DNA from: Epithemia pelagica
Taxonomy: Eukaryota > Protista > Bacillariophyta
Direction of reading: 5' to 3'
Assembly: GCA_946965045.2 (NCBI GenBank)
Contig: OX337232.1
Coordinates: forward strand, 1,922,001-1,986,000
Length of the DNA: 64,000 nt
The stretch's first letter is position 1, and each line of letters opens with the position of its first letter. The notes beneath the pieces were generated by a model. The model had not been told where the DNA came from. It did not search any database and worked only from the letters and a program-made list of their open reading frames with translations. A program made the position numbers and the translations under genes. Positions 11,918 through 21,700 of this stretch are shown here, piece by piece.

Positions 11918-12256
11918 AATACGCAGGACCGGCCAGCAATAGACGAATAAGTAGATGTAGCATTTTGTTGTTTTAGACATCCCATTAGATTCCTGACGCA
12001 ATCCAGCGTGATAAAATGGACTGTGAGCAGCACACATGGATGTCGCAACATGGTCGTTAACATCGAACCATCTAGTCTATTTGATGGCTGGGGGAAGCGC
12101 CTACGCTCACTGGACGACCATCGGTGTAAGAGATTTTCCAATTGGGTCTTGCACATGGAAGCATCTGAAGGAAACCAATTCGTCCAAGAGAGAGGAACTC
12201 ATCCACATAACTTCATCGGATGAAACAAGCTATAACGCTCTCAAGTTCCCCGCTTG

Positions 12257-14190
12257 TCAAGTCCCGCCTTTGCTAGGTGCTTCTTCCACACTTGGTTTCT
12301 TGCTATGAATACTGAACTTGTCACGTTTGATGTCTGTCAAGAAAGGAGTCCAATGCAATTTCGACGGATCCACCCGTGGTTCCTTTATTGGATATTTCTT
12401 TGCTAGAAGTTCCAAAAGGCTTTTCTCGGCAGCAATGAAATACACGTCGTTGATAATCTTGAGTAGACCAAGCTGATTCAATGTAAACACAATGTCTTCA
12501 GCCATGATACTCGTCCTTTTGCTGATATCCATGATACTCAAAGTGGATTCCTCCGATTGATTGAGCAAGAAATCCAAGATTGTCGACGCCCAATATGGTT
12601 TGTAGGCCTGCTGGCCCAAATCTGACATGGGCTTCTCTGGAGATCCGACCTTTTCTTCTTTTTTAGTCAACTCATACGAAAAAGCGATCAGAAAGCGTCC
12701 ATATCCTTTGCGTTGGTGCGCTGGAAAAGTCAATATACAAGCTAGATTGTAGCCAACATCAGAATACTTCTCTTTGCTGTAGTACCCTATCGTGGTGAAA
12801 AAAGGATATGAGATGCAAGTCAGTATCACCGCTCAGCATCCCAGCACGCTCAGAAAACTTACCAACTGGGTGGAATCCTCTGCTGTCAACTTCGCAAAGT
12901 ACGTAAAAGAGAAAAGGGTCAACGTCAAAGTACAACGTTTTGTGGTCAAGAAACAGTTTGGCAATGTAGCACAAATTCTGTGAATAGATTTTTTCCTCTA
13001 AACCATCAACTTCAAACATGGAGAGGTTTCCGCATCGATAAATTTCGTTGCCAGGTGGATGGCGTTTATCAACTGGGAGTCTTTCCTGATGACGACGGAG
13101 TTCTGACTTTCGAGAAAACAGGCGAAAAGTGAACTCACAAACATATAGAACATCAATGTAACCACCTGGACCGAGTAGTTCTTTCGGTAATGGCGAGAAA
13201 TACCAGGTCTCCATTTGACTACAAGAACCAAGCAAAAGGTCAGAACAGCAAAGGGGAATTCCGCAAGAGTATTTAAGGGTTGATTTCTTACAATGGACCC
13301 AACTCGACAAAGGCGACATTCTTGACTTTAGTTACTTCTTCATGTTCCCGCAGCGACGCTTCATCCAAACCCTCATGTTCATCCAATTCTTGGGCTTGAA
13401 CAGTAGCTACTACATGCTCTCCAACTGTATGAGTAATTGCGTCAGCCGGCAACGCAACTTCCTCTTTCTTTTGCTGCTGACTGATTTTGTTATTTGAACG
13501 TTCTCCCTTTTCCTCCACACCACCTTCTCCATCCTTAGACTCACTTGACACCAATGGCCTAGCTTCGTCATCACCTCCCGCCATGGTACTAGTCTTCCTG
13601 CGCAATCGAGTTCTCCTTGTCGCTGTCTCGGACGAAGTTCCATTCCCCGCAGATCCGTCTCCAGTGGACACATCGGTTGTTTTCCCGGATGCAGCAACAC
13701 CCGGGGCAGGTCGTCTTCGACTACGCGGAGCATCCAAAAGCTTTTCTTCTTCCTGCTTCCTTTGTTGCTGACGCTTTAGCCGTTCTTCTTCCTTCTTCAA
13801 GGCTCGTGCCTTTGCATTTCCAATCGAAGGAGGAGAAACGATGCGATCCAAGGAAATCCACTCGTCCATACGGCGGTTGAAGTCTCGATAGTGGACGTAA
13901 TAACGCCACACCCCATCAGTTTGTGCTCTGTCGATGATGTCACACAGTCGAACTGTTCTTTCGGAATTAGACTCGTCAATGTCCGAATCTGGCTCCGACC
14001 ACCAATCCTCTTGAGCATCCTTGTTGTTGTAGTGATACACCTCTATCACAGACCCTCGCGCGAAAGGATGAATATCTTGTCCAGAAGGCGACGTACTCAA
14101 CAATGGTGCACCAACATTACTTGCAGAAGGTCCAGTATTTGATGAGTTTGAAGCACCGTCCTTCTTTGCAGCTGCCGTTGATGTGGCCAT
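12257..14190 (-). CDS. MYST-family histone acetyltransferase (Esa1/Tip60/MOF-like) with chromo-barrel domain, 3 exons, about 594 aa
   Basis: Motifs YYVHYRDFNRRMDEWI, KLFLDHKTLYFDV, YNLACIL..HQRKGYG, GSPEKPMSDLG. Introns 13219-13291 and 12787-12862 (both GTAAG..AG) give a 1785-nt frame. Confidence 0.95.
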
Positions 14191-14576
14191 GGTGGCAATG
14201 AGAAAAAGTTCGACCGAGATCGCTTTTCAAACGAAACGCTTTTCAGTCGCTCAATTTCGACGTAAAACCGAGCGCTACGGACACGATCATGTATATTTTC
14301 TACCATTGAATCCACAAAAGCGTGTGATGAAAATTGCTGAGTCAGATCAAGTTGTTGGTTGCAGTTTGCGTTTCTGCAGAAGCACAAGGGGATGACCCAG
14401 TGACCACATCCTGCAGCAATCGTGGCGCTCTGTCGCCGTGCAGGTCTCTCTCATCGTAGTTCTAGTCACGCTAGGGGAGTAGACGCGTGTGCCGTAAAGG
14501 CCCCGGAACCAAAGATGGCTCCCAAGGGCGGGTATGGGGCTAGTTTTGAATGTCTTAGAACTCTATCTATCTCGAG

Positions 14577-15519
14577 CAAGGATGTAAGTGCTGACAAGTC
14601 AGTTTTTTTTACGTCTGACGAATTGACCGAAAGCGTCACAAGTCACGTCAGCCTATTGGGCCGTGACCAATTTCTTGGTGACCAATTAAAAAAAATTCTT
14701 TTTTCTTCCCCGGGCTTCGTTGGTGCAATTCCATGCGACGAGAAACGTACAAAAATGAGAAAAAAACAAGAAGCATGGAGGTAGACGATGAACCACAACC
14801 ACCTGTGTCATCCGGGGATGAAGACGAGGAGTACGACCCTGAAGGTGAAGGTGACTCTTCTAATGAATGTGATAACGAAGAAGAAGAGGATGCAGCAGCA
14901 GAAACAACAGCGTATGCAGAACAAGCACCAGATAGAACGAAGAAAAATCAAGGGCAACGCTCATTGTATGCAGCAAACCGTGACCTCTACAGGCACTTCA
15001 AAGAGATTGGACGACGAAGTGGTAACATGTATGTCATTTGTCTTCACTGCGAGAGAGACTACCAGCAAAAAATGGACAAACACAAGACTCATCAACTTTG
15101 GTATGCACCCAAACAACCCAAGCAGCACCGTAAACGTCCTGACAATTGCAAGAAACACCTGAGTAAATGCCAGGCATGTGCTCACTTCATGAAGAACAAT
15201 GGCAATGGACGCACATTGACACGGGAAGCAACGCCAAGGAATAACAGTGCCACAACAACAAACAACCTAGACCACTCCCGAGTCCCCCGACTATTATGGG
15301 AGCGTTCAAGTACCATTAGGAGATGGAGAGTCAACATCAGATCTAGAGATCACTCTTCATTAGATGTAAGCATCCGTAGCTTAGTAAATGTGTGTTATTG
15401 CGGAGTACCTAATGCGTCACCCATTTGACTAATTGGATTAAAAGAAGTCACCCTTTGGTCAAAATCTGGTCACGTCAAGTCAGTAAGGGGGTCCGTGACG
15501 TGACCTACTTACATCCTTG
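14577..15519 (+). mobile_element. Element D: 943-bp non-autonomous hAT-type deletion derivative
   Basis: Perfect 13-bp TIR CAAGGATGTAAGT (14577-14589 / 15507-15519). 7-bp TSD TCTCGAG (14570-14576 / 15520-15526). Many subterminal GTCAC/GTGAC motifs. Carries transposase N- and C-terminal remnants. Confidence 0.88.
14775..15319 (+). pseudogene. Internally deleted hAT transposase (acidic N-terminus, BED-like finger, terminal PTIMxAF motif)
   Basis: YVICLHC..NCKKHLSKC resembles YVMVCRHC..MLQHLKHC of the 39206 transposase. An out-of-frame tail PTIMGAFKYH* (15287-15319) matches that transposase's LPTIMSAFHC*. Confidence 0.78.
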
Positions 15520-15803
15520 TCTCGAGGTCTTGCACTTGAGTAGGCAGGGACACCCGGTACTTTGGTAGCAGCTTGGACTTTTCCGCTTTCGTGGTAGTCT
15601 CCTAAATTGGTACAGTGTGAATTTAGCGATCTCTTACAACACAATAAGTTAACTACTTAACAACAATTTTTTTTGACTTTATTGATAATTAAGTGTTTTG
15701 ATCTTGAAATAAGATCAAAATTGCTTTCTGACGTTAAATTAGGGTTTAAACAATAAATGTTTTCGAGTCCGCAAGTCAGAGCCACGTGTGACTTTGAGGT
15801 AAT

Positions 15804-15929
15804 GTCGAAACCACGTCGAAACCAAGTCGAAACCACTGGACACCAACTCGAAACCACTGGACACTAACTCGAAACAAGTGGAAACAAGTGGACACCAACT
15901 CGAAACCAACTCGAAACCAACTCGAAACC
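15804..15929 (+). repeat. Element A left subterminal array, 12 units of TCGAAACCAAC/TGGACACCAAC, 10-11 bp period
   Basis: Unit starts at 15805, 15816, 15827, 15837, 15848, 15858, 15869, 15879, 15889, 15900, 15911, 15922. Confidence 0.9.
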
Positions 15930-16185
15930 TACATACGAGCTCCACCTCCAACCACACCATCGCTAGCACAACAATCAACCTCTTTGAATATGAACAGCTA
16001 CTATTATAGAACATCTACCTAGCTTTGTACACGCTTGTATGTGCCGTAGGTCGTAGGCAATCGTTTCGTTCATCTTCACCATCCTGCATCGATCCATTTG
16101 TCTTCGTTGGTTGTTGTTTCACCGTCCATCAAGGTTTAAAAGGGGCTCTCGTTGACATTGCACCCAGCGACAAAGGTTCCAACGG

Positions 16186-16835
16186 GGGAGTTGATTGTTG
16201 AGTAAGGTGTTGTTGTGCTTGGTGTCAGATTGTTGTCGTTGTTTTCTACAAGTGCTGTAGTTGTTGTTCGTTTGGTGGTAGCCAGTAGTTGATTGTCGCA
16301 TTGGGGCTGTTGGGGCACAGCCATTTTCCGTCCAGTCGTTGTCCTTGTCGCCGCTAGTCATTGTCGCCGCTTGCTGTCGTTGTCATTGTCGCCGCTAGTC
16401 ACTTGCTGTTGTTGTCGTTGCTGCGACAGTCCTTGTCGTCGCAACGTCGTCTCCATCACCACTACTGCTTCCTCCATCCAAGACCACCATTCTTCCCTGG
16501 GAGTTGATTGTTGAGTAAGGTGTTGTTGCGTTTGGTGTTGTCGCAGCATCAGACTGTTGTCGTTGTTGTCTCCGAGTGCTGTAGTTGTTGTTGTTCGTTT
16601 GGTGGTAGCCAGTAGTTGATTGTCGCATTGGGGCTGTTGGGGCACAGCCATTTTCCGTCCAGTCGTTCCGTTGTCGCCGCTAGTCGTTGTCGCCGCTTGC
16701 TGTCGTTGTCGTTGTCGCCGCTAGTCACTTGCTGTTGTTGTCGTTGCTGCGACAGTCCTTGTCGTCGCTACGTCGTCGCCATCACCACTACTGCTTCCTT
16801 GACACTTCCTCCATCCAAAACCACCATTCTTCCCT
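16186..16835. repeat. Two-copy tandem duplication (period 313 bp) of GTT/GTC-rich sequence inside element A
   Basis: GGGAGTTGATTGTTGAGTAAGG starts at 16186 and 16499. The copies stay near-identical to ..CCACCATTCTTCCCT, with small indels. Confidence 0.85.
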
Positions 16836-16872
16836 CCCATGTCCTGTCCTCTTGTACGGACTGGGATGAGGT

Positions 16873-17656
16873 TGTTAGAATTCTCACCGTCTATGGTGGT
16901 TAGATTCTACATCTCATCGATTCCCCATGTCACATAGCCTCGTGCTATCGCATCATGCCATCTAGCTTCGAGCTATGTTCCCTAGCTTTGCGCTATATCG
17001 ACCTATATTTCTTCGCAAATCATGAAAAGTGAGAATAGATTGACGAACTCACTCTCAAGACTAAACTGGGTGGTGCGGTATTACAACGGACGTAAATTTG
17101 GCCGTTGCTCGGACATTATACTAACGCCCTAAGCGTTCGCGCCCGAAATCATCGAGCGCGCCCAAGCGACATCCGAGCGCTGTCGGCATCTATCCGACCC
17201 AACGGTCTAAGTATCCCAAGCACGACACACGATCACGCGAGACCATATTTCCATTCCCACAATCTCCAAATTGTCAACAAGCTGCGCGCCATGAAAACAA
17301 CTATGCCAATCCAAAGCAAGAGCTGTTGACCCTGTATATGTTATCCGTCCACATATACATGTCATGTACATCACATGAATCGACTCCAACTATTCCAAAC
17401 CTGTTGCCGCCAAGAACCTATGACACATGACCCTTGGCAGGACCGAACATTTCACGTAGACCTATCGTAGTAATCAACACACAATCTAACAATATCACCA
17501 TTTATCACATCCTCTTTTGTGGCCCGACTATCCTTTTGATAGACTACGACTTGCTTTCCTCTCTTACCCGTGGAGAGGTTTGTATCGGTTGGTGACTACC
17601 TGATTGTCTGCTCTAACGAGCATTGATGTCCCTACGATTCAGAAAGAATTGTAACA
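16873..17656 (+). repeat. Copia-1 5' LTR
   Basis: TGTTAG...GTAACA; direct repeat of 24475-25258. Confidence 0.97.
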
Positions 17657-17670
17657 GATTAACAGTCTCA
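17657..17670 (+). promoter_or_regulatory. Copia-1 primer-binding site GATTAACAGTCTCA
   Basis: Abuts the LTR terminal CA. The same 14-mer is at 42931-42944 in Copia-2. Its reverse complement looks like a tRNA-Asn(GTT) anticodon arm. Confidence 0.75.
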
Positions 17671-17692
17671 AAGCTTATTTCCTTGTGGTTTC

Positions 17693-18472
17693 ATGGATAC
17701 TAACGAGCTTATCACTCCTGTACGACAGATCTATCGAGCCGACCTGCATTCCGGGCAGCCCGATACCCTGGTGCAGCAGGAACTGGTGCCGACGCCGAAG
17801 ACAGCCAACACATCGGTCAACATCTCCGTCGACAGTTCCAACAGCAACCCATTCGAGACTCCAACCCAGCCTCATGCTCCGATCCCTGCGCCGTTGCTTC
17901 GGCCCCCGAGTCTGCCTCGTCGGCTCGTCCCTTCTCGATCCCGTCGTACCACCCGGTTGATTGCTGATCATATCAAGTACTTCCGTCAACCAACTTCTTC
18001 GACCTTCGATCCCGAGATCATCCGTGGGGAGACCCAGATCGAACGCCAGTTCCAATCGGTGACCCACATCGTCGACCAAGAAGACATTGAACGTCTGAAC
18101 GACCAACTTCATCGCTCTCCGAGGCGTCGCCTCATCTTGGCCGCCCTCTCGGGCAACCCCATCCGTACTGTCCACCTCCGCTTCCTAACCTTCGAGCGCC
18201 CAACTGGATACTACAATACCATCTACGTCGTGAACACGACGACTTGCCCTTTGCCTCCTAACGTTGTACGCCTAGATAACTACGTTGCCTACATCCACAA
18301 GGTCCATACCATCGAGGACCATCGTGCAACTATCTTCCCTTTGCGTACCGAGGTCGAGAACCACTTGGCTGAAGGTGATAGCCCTTCTTCTGTTGCTTGT
18401 GCTGCCCCATCTGAGCCTGGAAACGACTCTGATTATTCGGAAGAGAGTGGAGATTCGGAAACCGAAGCTTAA
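17693..18472 (+). CDS. Copia-1 extra upstream ORF (ORF0), 259 aa, unknown function
   Basis: Intact ATG ORF between PBS and gag, homologous to 42969-43709 (NPFxTP, RRLxPxRxRRT, HIxxFRxPT, FERPTxYxxTI). Confidence 0.8.
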   Translation: MDTNELITPVRQIYRADLHSGQPDTLVQQELVPTPKTANTSVNISVDSSNSNPFETPTQPHAPIPAPLLRPPSLPRRLVPSRSRRTTRLIADHIKYFRQPTSSTFDPEIIRGETQIERQFQSVTHIVDQEDIERLNDQLHRSPRRRLILAALSGNPIRTVHLRFLTFERPTGYYNTIYVVNTTTCPLPPNVVRLDNYVAYIHKVHTIEDHRATIFPLRTEVENHLAEGDSPSSVACAAPSEPGNDSDYSEESGDSETEA

Positions 18473-18792
18473 TTACTCATAGTTAACTCCCGTCCTCTCA
18501 AAACCTTTCCAAGACTTAAACTCAACGCACATCCGGGTACCCTTGGTCGCACAACACGCCACACATTCCCGTCAAATCGCGAAAATTTGGCGAAAATTTG
18601 TTGAAACTCGGCGAAAATTTGTCGGAATCAACGGAAATTTCCAGGAGTCGCACATCACAACACACATCCGGGTATCACATACGTGGTACATACGTGGCAC
18701 ACGTGGTACATCCGGGTTCACATCACATCACACATTAAATAAACCACATCACACCGCACATTAAATAAACATCGAACCAACCAAATAACACC

Positions 18793-21700
18793 ATGGATCC
18801 TCAATCACCCAAGACACCTACGACTCCTAAGGGAGAAGATAACCAAGACAATGTCTCGAACACAGACCTATTCGACCACATCATATTTACTGTCTGCCAA
18901 TTCTTTACCAAGGAAAGGGCCGACTACTTAATGAAGTGGATGAAATACCATGGTTTTGAGAACATTACCCATGTTATCTCGTATATGCAAACTAATACCG
19001 AGGAATCCATGAACGAACTGACACAATACAAGGTCAACAAACAGACACATGATCTACAAGGCCCCACAAGACAGCAGATCAAGCTCTTGGCTTATTGGGC
19101 CATATACAAGACCAACGAAATTCAAGACGAGCTATCCAATAGCGACTGGATGAACCTAACGAGGAAAGAGTTCAACACTTGGAGGATCAACACAGATTTC
19201 TCTAAGGGACCACCTAGCCAAGTTCCAGTCTCGCCAATGAAGTCACCGTCATCTGTGAAATCTGTCAGCACAGTTACTACCGCATCCCAATCTCAACAAG
19301 ACCTTACAGCATTCAGAAAGGGAACTAAGCGTGACGCAACTGCGTATGAGGTATTCAAGGATGAACGATACTACGATTCATTCTGGCGTGTATTCAAGAC
19401 TACAGCTAAGGCTCAAGGCCTATCCAACGTTCTGAATTTCAAATACACACCACCCCATGATGATGAGTATGCCGAAGAACTTTTTCAAGAGCAACAAGTA
19501 TTTCTTTACTCCGTTCTTGTCCGTATCATTCAGACTGACCAAGGTCAAGCCTATGTAAGTGAACACGAACATGATGAAGATGCACGTGCCGTATTGCAGA
19601 AGTTACACTCTTTGCATACCGAATCCGACCTAGCAAAACGAGAAGTCCTCCGTTTAACCAACTACATTTCCAATCTACGTCTTGACGACACATGGCGCGG
19701 AACAACACGTCAATTTCTTCTACACTTTCAAGAGCAGCTACGTCTGCTAGACAATCTAGTGACGTTATCTGATCGCATCCCTGATCATACCAGGATGACC
19801 TTTCTCATGCAAGCTGTAGAAAAGGTACCTGATCTCCGCCGAGTCAAGATCTTGGATAATGTGGTGAACACCAAATCCGGTGCAAAATCCCTTTGCTATC
19901 AATCAAACTTCCGTCTCCTTCTAGACGCAGCTTATGACCATGATCAAGCAACCCAGTCATCTGTTCATAGTCGCCGTCGACATGTCAAACAACATGAATC
20001 ACTATATGGCCAAGATACAGATGCCGACATAACCTCACAAGATGATATGGAGTATCATGTCCACAACACCAAAGTGGCATCTGAATCTCCATCCTCTTCA
20101 TCCAAGGTTAGTCTACCGCGTGACCTATGGTTCAAACTTTCTGAAGAAGATCGCAAATTGATCATTGAGTATAACAAGATGATTCAAGCACCTGCATCAA
20201 CAACACCGAGGAAAGTGCAAACACATGCCCTCGACATTGATCCGGAACCTGATCCTGACCCCAACCAAGTTGCATCTGATGACGACTCACCTGGCGCAGT
20301 CCCTGAGCATCCAGATGATTCAGATCCGGTTACACAATTTATCAACCAAGCCATGACGACTGATATCAATCACCCGGCAACTGACCTGACTAGTGTTCTT
20401 TCTAACGCCAAGTCCAAGACAAGCAAGAAGGTTACTTTCAAAGCCAACATGCATAAACAAGCAGGACATGTTCCACGCTATTTGTTTTCCAGGAAATCTA
20501 CTTTACCAGGAAATCAATTGATTGACCGTGGTGCTAATGGAGGACTTGCTGGTTCTGACATGCGCATCCTTTCTAAGACTGGCTGCCATATCACCATTGT
20601 GGGTATTGATAACCATGAACTTACTGGACTTCCTGTCGTCACATGTGCCGCAAAGTTTGAGAGCAATGATGGACCTATTGTCGGCATCTTCAATGAATAT
20701 GCTTATTATGGAAAGGGCTTATCTATCCATGCTCCTGGTCAATTCGAGCATTTCGGACTTGCTGTTGATGAACGATCTGTTAAAGTTGATGGTAAACAAC
20801 GCATCACTACACTTGATGGTCGTGCTATACCCCTTCACATCAAGGATGGGTTAGCCTACATCCACTCCTTGGGTATGCCCAGCAACGATGACATGAATAC
20901 CTTACCTCAGATCATCTTCACGTCACCCGACACATGGGATCCTGGTGTTCTGGACCATTCGCATTCTCCCACACCCTCTGACAATGATCCTGATTGGAAA
21001 CACGTCAAGACTGATGGTAGTATGTCAAACCATCCATATGACAACTTTGGGGAGTACACTGATCGTGTTGTTTGTAACCTCAATCTCCTTTTGGATCTCC
21101 CATACAATCATGGACCTGACGACGCACCCTTCTTTTCTATCTATGCTGACGCAGAAGGTAATGATCCTACACTTCATGCCTCTGTCCACCGTCGTTACCA
21201 GGAAGCGTATGACTGGAAGAAGTTCCGTCCATTCTTTGGTTGGCAATCTGAAGATGTTATTGCCGATACGTTCAAGCACACTACACGTAATGGTAGCATT
21301 ACTTTTGACCACGACACCCTCAAGAAACATTTCAAGGCTCGCAATCCGGTCCTTAATATACCTCGACGTCATGAACCCGTTGCTACTGACTCGGTTTTCT
21401 CCGACACCCCTGCTGTTGACCATGGCGGTAAAGTCACACAAATCTTTGTTGGTTGAGATACTCTGGTTACTGATATCTATGGGATCAAGTCGACCAAACA
21501 GTTTGTCAATACTCTTCAGGACAACATCCGGTTTCGTGGTGCCATGGAGACTCTTATCAGTGATGGTGGTTCATCTCTCATCTCTCAAAAGGTCAAAGAC
21601 ATTCTTCGCACTTTGCTTATTGGGGAGTATCGATCCGAACCTTATCATCAACACCAGAATAAGGCTGAAAACCGTTACCAGACCGTCAAACGCATGACCA

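Noticed and set aside
17105-17329. LTR-encoded peptide (similar frame at 42276-42635: IRPNGL..HDHARPY..QSKSC)
   Set aside because: There is no ATG in Copia-1, the Copia-2 3' LTR has an internal TGA, and the conserved blocks are identical at all codon positions, which fits DNA-level motifs. The lack of indels over about 190 nt leaves a small doubt.
17693-18472. ORF0 as an envelope gene
   Set aside because: It has no signal peptide or TM helix and lies upstream of gag rather than after pol.
21454-21456. Programmed stop-codon readthrough between gag-PR and IN-RT
   Set aside because: The two related elements have stops at different positions, each a sense codon in the other, so point mutation is simpler.
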